59,808 nucleotides of DNA from a virus (lineage: Duplodnaviria; Caudoviricetes). The stretch is from the IMG/VR virus record IMGVR_UViG_3300033150_001833, positions 1 through 59,808 of that record, one strand, 5' to 3'. The notes under the pieces are model-generated. The model ran no database searches and was not told where the DNA came from. It saw only the letters and a program-made list of their open reading frames with translations. Positions within the stretch are counted from its first letter, which is position 1. Each line of letters opens with the position of its first letter. This document shows positions 28,687 through 35,440 of the stretch, piece after piece. A program made the position numbers and the translations under genes.

Positions 28687-28919
28687 AATTCGGCGGCCAG
28701 CTTATGAAAATAAATTGCACACATATCACCGTAATCATCAACAGGACTGCCGTCCTCGTCAAGAATATTACTAAATTCTTCCGGGTTTTCGGAGTATCTC
28801 CTTGCCCATTCGTTAAAAATAATAGCCATTCTTTTGTGAGTAATGCTTGTTGTTGGTGGTGCCTTTGGCGCATCGGGCTTTACCGCGTTTGCTGGTCTTA
28901 CATTACTTGCTTTTTTCAT
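28641..28919 (-). CDS. Cassette gene, hypothetical
   Basis: GTTGGAGG core/SD then ATG. Confidence 0.6.
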   Translation of the reverse strand: MKKASNVRPANAVKPDAPKAPPTTSITHKRMAIIFNEWARRYSENPEEFSNILDEDGSPVDDYGDMCAIYFHKLAAELDNVGNLPKPKIEDC

Positions 28920-28937
28920 AGTGATTACCTCCAACGA

Positions 28938-29147
28938 TTATTTATTATTAGATTCCCAGTGAGTCACTTCAACATAAGCCTCGTCATGTGTATCAATATC
29001 CCACATAGGCTTTCCAATTACATCATTCATCCCTAAAAACTCCGCTTCAATTTCTTCTGTAGAAGAAACACTTCCAAACCGCCAATAATTTACACGGCAC
29101 CGTGTTTTTTGACCAACGCTGGGCAACTTTTCTTCAACTGAAATCAT
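28938..29147 (-). CDS. DUF551-like phage protein
   Basis: ISVEEKLP...VTHW signature. Confidence 0.65.
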   Translation of the reverse strand: MISVEEKLPSVGQKTRCRVNYWRFGSVSSTEEIEAEFLGMNDVIGKPMWDIDTHDEAYVEVTHWESNNK

Positions 29148-29177
29148 AATATATCCCTCCGATATTTACCTTTTTTG

Positions 29178-29387
29178 TTATATTTTATCCCAAAGCTCAT
29201 CAGGCAGTCATATATTATTGTCTTTTTTTTCAAAAGCGCTCCCAGCAGTAAAAACAAGCTCAATTTCCTGATCTTCAATAGACCTTAGAAAGGCTATAGT
29301 TTTATATCCTTCTTCTTGCGCTTCAATTTCTCCAGGTAAAATATTTCTATATCGTTCAATTAGATTATCTTTCATTTTTACTTTCAT
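29178..29387 (-). pseudogene. Hypothetical gene with in-frame TGA at 29208-29210
   Basis: 59 codons, TGA, then LPDELWDKI and a TAA that overlaps an attC left-end remnant. Confidence 0.5.
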
Positions 29388-29414
29388 ACTACCCTCTCTT
29401 CAGAATGTAACAGT

Positions 29415-29576
29415 TTAATCTCCTTAAGACGGCGCCCAGGTCTTTAACCTGGAACGGATAGATATCTTTTCGTTTCCACTTTTATTGCGCCGTAAAAGTT
29501 TACGTGTCATTATATCTTTCCGTCGTATGCTTTTTGGCGGCGCCACCTCACATACACGCCGGCTTAAGAAGACTAA
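29415..29576 (-). ncRNA. Putative structured four-way-junction RNA (non-coding cassette)
   Basis: 20-bp closing stem plus three internal arms. Confidence 0.5.
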
Positions 29577-29595
29577 CGTAGAGTTGGAGCTGTAA

Positions 29596-29628
29596 GCATA
29601 ACGAATCAGCTGAAACGGTTTGTTATAA
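29596..29628 (-). other. Collapsed attC
   Basis: TTATAAC AAACC GTTTCAGCTGATTC GTTATGC. Confidence 0.6.
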
Positions 29629-29817
29629 ACCCTCATAACGCCAAGGATTCTGTAAACAAATTTGCCACCGACCACCGTTTTTAATTATATTTAACGCTGC
29701 TTCTTTAGTTTTTGGATTGTGCTTCAATCCTTTAACACTATCAAATCTGTCCAATTTACAATTTATGCCCCTATTAGTATTTATTGGGCCAGAACAAAAT
29801 TTCTTACAAGGTATCAT
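29623..29817 (-). CDS. Cassette gene, hypothetical
   Basis: Flanked by GTTATAAACCC / GGGTTTATAAC. Confidence 0.6.
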   Translation of the reverse strand: MIPCKKFCSGPINTNRGINCKLDRFDSVKGLKHNPKTKEAALNIIKNGGRWQICLQNPWRYEGL

Positions 29818-29834
29818 AATAGCCCCCTTTGGGT

Positions 29835-29914
29835 TTATAACGTTAAACTGACTTGATCATTTGCAATTTCCGAATTATAATATGCTTGTTATGTGCAAAT
29901 GTAATTTGTTATGC
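29835..29914 (-). other. attC-like site
   Basis: GCATAAC...TCAAGTCAGT TTAAC GTTATAA. Confidence 0.55.
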
Positions 29915-30043
29915 GGTGTTGACCCTGGATCATATTTTTTATTCAACGTTTTCGTGCTGTAGGTAGCATTGACATTATAATGAATGCTCTTACCGATATT
30001 TTCATATCAGACCTTCACACTTCCAGCGATTTCAAAGAAAGCC

Positions 30044-30090
30044 GCATAACGTTTGCCTTCACCTGACCAGACCGAAAAACTTTGTTATCC
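30044..30090 (-). other. attC-like site (right arm clear)
   Basis: GGTCAGGTGAAGGCAAAC GTTATGC. Confidence 0.55.
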
Positions 30091-30111
30091 ACCTGTTAAT
30101 TTACTGCTGCA

Positions 30112-30522
30112 TCATATCCCCCTGTATAAATTAACAGAGTCTTCTAAGAACAATCGAACCAGTCGGTGTTTCGTCCCCTGCGGAAGAGTTGTCTTTATTG
30201 CGGAAAAAATTTTATTTGCATCTTCATTGTACAGGGTTTGTGCTTCTTCCAAAGTGTCCGTTTGTGGTAAGTCTGTGTTTATTTCAATCACTATCCCATT
30301 GATAGATTCCTCTTTTCTTATCGGGTCTGCTTTATGTACAATAATTGTATGGTTCATAATTCCTCCGTAAAATAACAATTTTACCTTTTCCCAGTCAGTA
30401 CACGTCTCAGTATCCTCATGCACATCTTTTTTGTGCAGTTCACACCATTTCCATTCACCCAACGGGTCGAGTTCGTGGTGTCTATCGCTGCAATGTTTAC
30501 AATTATTGCAAAACTCTTTCAT
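30112..30522 (-). CDS. Hypothetical protein (probably two fused ORFs; internal SD GGAGG-ATG at ~30357)
   Basis: Cys-rich N-terminal half, internal RBS. Confidence 0.5.
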   Translation of the reverse strand: MKEFCNNCKHCSDRHHELDPLGEWKWCELHKKDVHEDTETCTDWEKVKLLFYGGIMNHTIIVHKADPIRKEESINGIVIEINTDLPQTDTLEEAQTLYNEDANKIFSAIKTTLPQGTKHRLVRLFLEDSVNLYRGI

Positions 30523-30523
30523 G

Positions 30524-30566
30524 TCATAACCGCCCGCATCACAGGCTTATCCTATGTGTGTTGCTA
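30524..30566 (-). other. attC-like site
   Basis: TAGCAAC...GCCTGTGATGC GGGCG GTTATGA. Confidence 0.55.
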
Positions 30567-30749
30567 CTGCCTGATCTGTAATTTAAAATTTTGCGCCGGC
30601 ATCCTAAAAAGATTTTCAAACATACCTTGATTTTCAACATCTTTGGGCCATTTCTGAAAATATACCTGTCCTTTTTTGATCATATGTACATGAATAGCTA
30701 TGCTGTTTCTCTCAATTACCATTCCTGGTTTTATATTAATCATTTTCAT
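30564..30749 (-). CDS. Cassette gene, hypothetical
   Basis: Lies between attC sites. Confidence 0.55.
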   Translation of the reverse strand: MKMINIKPGMVIERNSIAIHVHMIKKGQVYFQKWPKDVENQGMFENLFRMPAQNFKLQIRQ

Positions 30750-31132
30750 TGTAGGCCCCTAACGTCTGGACTCACGGGCGGTGGTCTTTTGCCATCCCCT
30801 GGCTTGTTATGTATTTTGCGTAGCATTAATTCAAGCCTCGATAACGCATTCCATGCTAAGTGCGCTTGATGCAATAACCCAGAATCTTTGTCTTGATCCT
30901 CATGGCGTTCAGCGAGAAGATGACGCCAGAGTGCGTCTGTGTATCGAATAAAGCCATTCTCTACGCTTTGCCACCCGCCACGAGAGTATTTAATTGCTCC
31001 AAAAGTCCCTACTTTGGCAACCTCCGTTAAGGCTAAAGAAAAATCAGAAAGAACACCTGCAAGGACTTTACCAGCATCCAGCTTTGCGCCTTGTTCGTGT
31101 TGATTTAAACCATTTGGATCTTGTTCATGCAT
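30746..31132 (-). CDS. dATP/dGTP diphosphohydrolase-like (DUF5664) protein
   Basis: GAKLDAGK...VAKVGTFGAIKYSRGGW...RYTDALWRHL...DSGLLHQAHLAWNAL. Confidence 0.85.
   Translation of the reverse strand: MHEQDPNGLNQHEQGAKLDAGKVLAGVLSDFSLALTEVAKVGTFGAIKYSRGGWQSVENGFIRYTDALWRHLLAERHEDQDKDSGLLHQAHLAWNALSRLELMLRKIHNKPGDGKRPPPVSPDVRGLQ
30757..30812 (-). other. attC site (left arm partly deleted)
   Basis: ACATAAC AAGCC..GATGGC AAAAG ACCACCGCCCGTGAGT CCAGAC GTTAGGG. Confidence 0.7.
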
Positions 31133-31146
31133 ATTGTTCCTTTATG

Positions 31147-31207
31147 GTATAACGGTTAAGCTGACTTGCCGCTGCTTTTTGTCGTCAAGTCCAGCGGCTT
31201 GTTAGCT
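31147..31207 (-). other. attC site (intact)
   Basis: AGCTAAC AAGCC GCT[G]GACTTG[A]CG..CGGCAAGTCAGC TTAACC GTTATAC. Confidence 0.9.
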
Positions 31208-31359
31208 GCTTTAACCAATGTTTGCATATCTTGCTCAATATCTCTTAAGGCAAATACAATTGCAATCCAACCGCAAACAAGCCTTAAAGCCGGGCCATCA
31301 AACTCAAACTTCCATCCGCCATATTTCCCGACACAAAAATAAAAAGTAAACCCATTCAT
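31156..31359 (-). CDS. Cassette gene, hypothetical
   Basis: Cassette ends GTTAGCTG/CAGCTAAC. Confidence 0.6.
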   Translation of the reverse strand: MNGFTFYFCVGKYGGWKFEFDGPALRLVCGWIAIVFALRDIEQDMQTLVKAANKPLDLTTKSSGKSA

Positions 31360-31376
31360 TTTTTATCCTTTCAGCC

Positions 31377-31512
31377 AGCTAACGTCCTAATAACCTGCAT
31401 GTAGGGCTTGCACACCCCTTAAAAGAGCACTCCCACCCATCTTCCCCTGGCAATTATCGACTCTTACCGACAAGCCGACCCTACGCGTCAGAGTTTGTTT
31501 GATTGATTATAC
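31377..31512 (-). other. Long attC site (136 bp)
   Basis: AAC[A]AAC[T]CTG[A]CGCGTAGGG ... CCCTACATGCAGGTTATT AGGAC GTTAGCT. Confidence 0.8.
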
Positions 31513-31732
31513 GTTTCTGCTTCATCAACCCCCGGATCATCTTCTTGACATCATCCATACAGTCTATGTTGAACACACAGCGAGACGATGGCCAAAAGCA
31601 GTATTGACGCCATGCTCCATACCACTTGATTTGCCCAAGCACGAGACCGGAAGACTTCGATAAAATATTCCATATTTCGGTTTTGCCGGTTTCTCCAACT
31701 TTATCAAATTCCATGTAACGGCTTTCAATCAT
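31481..31732 (-). CDS. Cassette gene, conserved small phage protein
   Basis: LGQIKWYGAWRQYCF...FNxDCM motif; SD AAGGAGG. Confidence 0.65.
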   Translation of the reverse strand: MIESRYMEFDKVGETGKTEIWNILSKSSGLVLGQIKWYGAWRQYCFWPSSRCVFNIDCMDDVKKMIRGLMKQKRIINQTNSDA

Positions 31733-31747
31733 GTTCCCTCCTTAGAA

Positions 31748-31836
31748 ATATAACGTCCTAATAACTTGCATGTAGGGCTTGCACACCCCTTAAAAGAGCC
31801 CTCCCACCCGTCATCCCCTGGCAATTATCGACTCTT
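31748..31836 (-). other. Second copy of long attC (right arm + loop)
   Basis: Near-identical to 31380-31465. Confidence 0.8.
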
Positions 31837-31990
31837 CCTCAACCTGAACGGTCACGGAAATCGTCAGAGTGTGTGTTTGTGTGCACACTGGACACTTCAC
31901 ATGTTTAATTACTTCCAAACCGAAGCAGGGCTTAATTTCGACTTCAAAACCCTGCATGCATCTGCCGCATGGGATGATTATTTTATACAC
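31811..31990 (-). CDS. 59-aa zinc-ribbon protein (not in ORF track)
   Basis: SD GGAGG, GTG start; MYKIIIPCGRC...CPVC; ends inside the attC loop. Confidence 0.6.
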   Translation of the reverse strand: MYKIIIPCGRCMQGFEVEIKPCFGLEVIKHVKCPVCTQTHTLTISVTVQVEEESIIARG

Positions 31991-32051
31991 CTACGCCTCC
32001 ATTTGTTCACGAATTTTGGGATGAGCAACTTTTAAGTGTCAAGTTAAGTAC

Positions 32052-32216
32052 CTAATTACCCTCTATATTGTTATACAAACATATTGCCAAACAAAACCAA
32101 AGTACAACAACAAACCAATCACAAACAGCACTTAAATCTTTTTCAAGCAAATTTATAACAAGATTAGTAAGAGTTATAAATACACATAAAATAATTGCAG
32201 ATATATATATATTCAT
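32052..32216 (-). CDS. 54-aa two-TM membrane protein (not in ORF track)
   Basis: MNIYISAIILCVFITL...WFVVVLWFCLAICLY. Confidence 0.5.
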   Translation of the reverse strand: MNIYISAIILCVFITLTNLVINLLEKDLSAVCDWFVVVLWFCLAICLYNNIEGN

Positions 32217-32288
32217 ATTTTTAAACTTCTCTGTAAAAAGTTGTGCAGTAGCTGCCTTAAACTCCGTTGTAAGGATTTATTAGCATTC

Positions 32289-32912
32289 CTACCTAAAATC
32301 TTTTGCTTTGATTTTGGCAATGACCCGTTCTCCTCTTCGATTAAACAATTCAACTTTTGGACGCATAACAAGCCCTTCAGGTAACATTTTTCGTAACTTC
32401 GATTCGTACCCACCTTTGACCATTGCAACACCTTCAAGCAACGTGCCCTCACCAATAACGGGTACTGTCTTAATCATAAGCTTCTCACCGATATCCTTAA
32501 CGTTGTGATGTTCAAGCCACATACCATTAATATTCACATCGAAAAGGATAAAACTAACGCCGTTTGAAATGTAATTGCCACCACCTTTTTGGATTTTGGC
32601 TCCATAACCTTCACCATACAAACATAATGGAGGCAACTCATTAGTTATGAAGATTTCAGGATAAAAAAGTGCAGCAAGTTTATCAAGGAGGAATTTTGGA
32701 ATATCTGCCCGGTCTGTTTTCCCGGCGAAAGTAACGTGTTCACCGTTCCACTTCACACGGATATTCGTGCCATCTACTTTCTCGGTAAATATCCATATAT
32801 TATTCTTGAGATAGTCGAACTCAGGCTTTGCAAATTGACCTTCCAGTAATGTTTTATGCTTCGTCGCAGGATCACGTAAATATACTGTTTGAATTTTATG
32901 ATACTCTTTCAT
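32289..32912 (-). CDS. RNA ligase family nucleotidyltransferase
   Basis: YHKIQT, motif I EKVDGTN, LYGE, FILFDV, EGLV, IAKIK. Confidence 0.85.
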   Translation of the reverse strand: MKEYHKIQTVYLRDPATKHKTLLEGQFAKPEFDYLKNNIWIFTEKVDGTNIRVKWNGEHVTFAGKTDRADIPKFLLDKLAALFYPEIFITNELPPLCLYGEGYGAKIQKGGGNYISNGVSFILFDVNINGMWLEHHNVKDIGEKLMIKTVPVIGEGTLLEGVAMVKGGYESKLRKMLPEGLVMRPKVELFNRRGERVIAKIKAKDFR

Positions 32913-32941
32913 TTTGTAATTTCTCCATTTGTCAACCACAA

Positions 32942-33412
32942 TTATTTATACAGTATCTCGGTCATTTCTTCATCTGCTGATTTTTTTATCTTTTCCACTC
33001 TTTCCTTTAACAACATCTTGGTTTTTTGTTGTTCTTTTTCATAAATTTCAGCAATTATTTCTTCCTCTGCTAATTTTTCTATCTTTTCCACTCTCGCCTT
33101 TAACATTCCTTCTAATAAAATTAGATAATTGATAGAATAGCCGATCTTTTTGTCAATCATTGCGTCTGTTAACTTCTCAGGCGAACGATCTGACATTTCA
33201 ACTAAATCTAACACTGAAACAATATGTTCTACCCACATACCGACCAGGGCTTTTTCTGGTGTCGTGTCTAATATTCTCGCCGCAATGTTAAAATTATGGT
33301 ATCTATCACAACCCATCGCATATTCTTTAGCCTTTTCTGATAATACAGACCGGATTGATTCTATTCGGTCATCCACTATTTCATCAAACTGTGTATCGTA
33401 TTTCATAAACAC
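32942..33412 (-). CDS. DUF1599/Nmad1-like nucleotide-modification-associated protein
   Basis: KAKEYA..DRYHNF...KIGYSINYLILLE; duplicated C-terminal helix. Confidence 0.65.
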   Translation of the reverse strand: MFMKYDTQFDEIVDDRIESIRSVLSEKAKEYAMGCDRYHNFNIAARILDTTPEKALVGMWVEHIVSVLDLVEMSDRSPEKLTDAMIDKKIGYSINYLILLEGMLKARVEKIEKLAEEEIIAEIYEKEQQKTKMLLKERVEKIKKSADEEMTEILYK

Positions 33413-33413
33413 C

Positions 33414-33489
33414 TCCTAACGCAAAGTTCACTTATCGGAAAGCCGACAAGGATAGTTTTTTGCCGTCAGAGTCGAGCGACTGATTATGC
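33414..33489 (-). other. attC site with mismatched arms
   Basis: Left GCTCGACTCTGACGGC; right ATAAGTGAACTTTGC GTTAGGA. Confidence 0.7.
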
Positions 33490-33668
33490 TGTTCCAATAC
33501 CTTGATTCGCTTCTGTAGCAACATGTTTTCAGCTTCGAGATTGTTTATTTTAGCTTGTTGTTCATGCCGCTCATTTATTTCCATCTGTCGAGAAATCCAT
33601 TCACATTCTTTAGGATTAAAACAATCTCTACCAATTACACCTCCACAACTGTTACATATCATAATCAT
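33432..33668 (-). CDS. Cassette gene, Zn-ribbon + coiled coil
   Basis: SD AAGGAG; CNSCGG..DCF...C. Confidence 0.6.
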   Translation of the reverse strand: MIMICNSCGGVIGRDCFNPKECEWISRQMEINERHEQQAKINNLEAENMLLQKRIKVLEQHNQSLDSDGKKLSLSAFR

Positions 33669-33687
33669 TTCTCCTTTCCCCAAAAAG

Positions 33688-33742
33688 ACATAATATCTAA
33701 GCTGAACCACCGGTATCAGTCGGCTCAAGCGGCTGGTTAGAT
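33688..33742 (-). other. attC site
   Basis: ATCTAAC CAGCC GCT[T]GAGCCG[A]CTG ATAC CGGTGGTTCAGC TTAGAT ATTATGT. Confidence 0.85.
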
Positions 33743-33937
33743 TTCATCCCCATAATCCTGCATATCACGTTCCCGTTCGGCTAATATGCATTGACTCACA
33801 TGATAGGAATTATGAAGCTCCGCAAGTAGCCAATCGGGGGTATATTTAGGATTCACCCTCTTAAGAATTCTTTCAATACTATCTACAACAGATTTTGCCT
33901 GAGTCCGATGATACTTTCTTGCTGACTTTGCTCCCAA
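33737..33937 (-). CDS. Cassette gene, hypothetical
   Basis: SD AAGGAGG; stop is the TAA of the attC left end. Confidence 0.65.
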   Translation of the reverse strand: MGAKSARKYHRTQAKSVVDSIERILKRVNPKYTPDWLLAELHNSYHVSQCILAERERDMQDYGDEI

Positions 33938-33954
33938 AATAACCTCCTTTAAAA

Positions 33955-34014
33955 ATCTAACGTCTTAGCTGACCTGCGGCGACTTTTGGCGTCCGCTCAA
34001 GCGGCTGGTTATAT
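33955..34014 (-). other. attC site (chimeric arms)
   Basis: ATATAAC CAGCC GCTTGAGCGGACGCC AAAAGT CGCCGCAGGTCAGC TAAGAC GTTAGAT. Confidence 0.85.
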
Positions 34015-34545
34015 AGGTAAGTTCACTGTTGATTTAACTTCATTACCCCAAACATCCCAGCCATCTCGCACTTGCCGTGCAAAGATATCGGCTCTATTCT
34101 CAGCTAAAGATTTTATCATCTCATAAAATTTATTTGGTTTTTGGGAATGCTTAATATTTGGTGCTGAAAAAGCTAAAGGGATTAACGGTCGTTTTGGCCA
34201 TAAATCAGGTTTTTCCTTATATCCAACCAATATGAATTCAACATTCCATCTAAAACCAAACAATGGCATCCCTGCAGATTTACCATAAGTTTTTTTCCAT
34301 ACACCTGTAACAAGGTGACTAAACCCCCATGTCTCTAATACCTCTTTAGCATCAAAGAGATGCTTTTGGGTAGCCCACAAGAATAACCAACAATTGTCAT
34401 CTGCAATACTATCTATAGGCAATGATTTGATTTGTTCTATGCTCATAGTTTTGTAATCCATTGTCACCTGTTTTGGCCGTACCTTGCGTGTAAGCTTCTT
34501 TACTGGCCAGGGAGGATCAACAACAATTAATCCATATTTTTTCAT
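34009..34545 (-). CDS. MT-A70 family adenine methyltransferase (cassette gene)
   Basis: IVVDPPW, YKTMS, LFLWAT, HSQKP, DIFAR, GWDVWGNE. Confidence 0.9.
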   Translation of the reverse strand: MKKYGLIVVDPPWPVKKLTRKVRPKQVTMDYKTMSIEQIKSLPIDSIADDNCWLFLWATQKHLFDAKEVLETWGFSHLVTGVWKKTYGKSAGMPLFGFRWNVEFILVGYKEKPDLWPKRPLIPLAFSAPNIKHSQKPNKFYEMIKSLAENRADIFARQVRDGWDVWGNEVKSTVNLPI

Positions 34546-34567
34546 AAGGTCTCCTATACGAAATGCC

Positions 34568-34625
34568 ATATAACATTTAGTTTAACAGGCAAGCTTTTCC
34601 GCTCTGCTGCAATGACTGGTTATAT
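34568..34625 (-). other. attC site
   Basis: ATATAAC CAGTC ATT[G]CAGCAG[A]GCG..TGCCTGTTAAAC TAAAT GTTATAT. Confidence 0.85.
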
Positions 34626-34684
34626 TTTTCCACTTCAAAATAGCTCTGCAATAGTTGCACACTTTATCCCCTCTACGTTTAGAT

Positions 34685-34743
34685 GAATAATATAAAGCTA
34701 ACTTGTGCTGTCTTTTGGCGTCAAGTTGAGCGACTTGTTAGCA
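34685..34743 (-). other. attC site
   Basis: TGCTAAC AAGTC GCT[C]AACTTG[A]CGCC AAAAGAC AGCACAAGTTAGC TTTAT ATTATTC. Confidence 0.85.
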
Positions 34744-34955
34744 ATTTTTGTGAGATCATCTAACACAGATAAATCATTATTTAGAAAGCGCGTGATTATG
34801 GTGGCAGGATCAATAGTACAACTATGTACTAATTTATCGCTATTGCAATAAGGACAACTTGTCTTATGATCAAAATACGAAGCATGCCATTTTTTACAAG
34901 AACGGCAGCAATAGACAAAGGTTACGTGCATACTATAGTTATATTTCAATTTCAT
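34698..34955 (-). CDS. Cassette gene, zinc ribbon
   Basis: CRSC..CPYC; ends NKSLNLTPKDSTS (translated attC). Confidence 0.65.
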   Translation of the reverse strand: MKLKYNYSMHVTFVYCCRSCKKWHASYFDHKTSCPYCNSDKLVHSCTIDPATIITRFLNNDLSVLDDLTKIANKSLNLTPKDSTS

Positions 34956-35019
34956 CCTAATAATCCTTTATGGTTATATTAATGATTTGGAAAACTTGAA
35001 AACTTCCACAACACCTCCT

Positions 35020-35135
35020 CCAATAAGGTTTGCACACCCCTCAGAAAGGCACTCCCACCTGTCTTCCCCTGGCAATTACTGGACCCTACCGACAGCCCAA
35101 CCCTATACAGTATTCTTTGATTTTAATTATAATTT
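35020..35135 (-). other. Degenerate third copy of long attC
   Basis: Similar to 31404-31484. Confidence 0.6.
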
Positions 35136-35155
35136 CTCCAAAAAATTAAACTCCT

Positions 35156-35440
35156 TTAGATTGCTTGAGCAACAATCAGCTCCTGTGTTGTTACAATCCC
35201 TCCATCTATACATTTCACCAAATCTTTTTTTGTTATTCGTTTACCGTATTTATTATAGTTTGCATATATAGTTTGTTTGGATTCAGAAATTCCGAAGTGC
35301 TCCCGAATTTCACGCTGTTTCCATCTACCTTTTGTTAGCTTAATCATTGCTCTTAATCGTTCTCCTACAAACTTAGTAATTTTTATAAATAGCTCTTCTT
35401 TTTCAGAGTCCAGCATTTTCTCTGGATTTTTCATCATCAT
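35156..35440 (-). CDS. Putative HTH DNA-binding protein
   Basis: QREIREHFGISESK HTH-like; SD GAGGAG before ATG35440. Confidence 0.5.
   Translation of the reverse strand: MMMKNPEKMLDSEKEELFIKITKFVGERLRAMIKLTKGRWKQREIREHFGISESKQTIYANYNKYGKRITKKDLVKCIDGGIVTTQELIVAQAI

Larger units (their letters stand above)
23463..35135 (-). mobile_element. Integron-type gene cassette array (~30 attC-like sites, no adjacent intI; CALIN-like)
   Basis: Repeated YAAC-arm-loop-arm-GTTRRRY elements between single small genes, all in the same orientation, with complementary cassette ends. Confidence 0.85.

Noticed and set aside
29208-29210. Genome-wide stop-codon recoding
   Set aside because: Long genes are intact in the standard code and use TGA/TAG as real stops; a TGG>TGA mutation is simpler
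31766-32035. Plus-strand ORFs in the array (e.g. 31766-32035, 34987-35271, 30053-30370) and other antisense ORFs over long genes
   Set aside because: Shadow frames; their shared peptides are just the repeated attC read antisense
23463-35135. Intergenic palindromes as terminators or REP elements
   Set aside because: No poly-T tails, diverse sequences, fixed AAC/GTT ends, asymmetric extra bases and within-cassette end complementarity fit attC better
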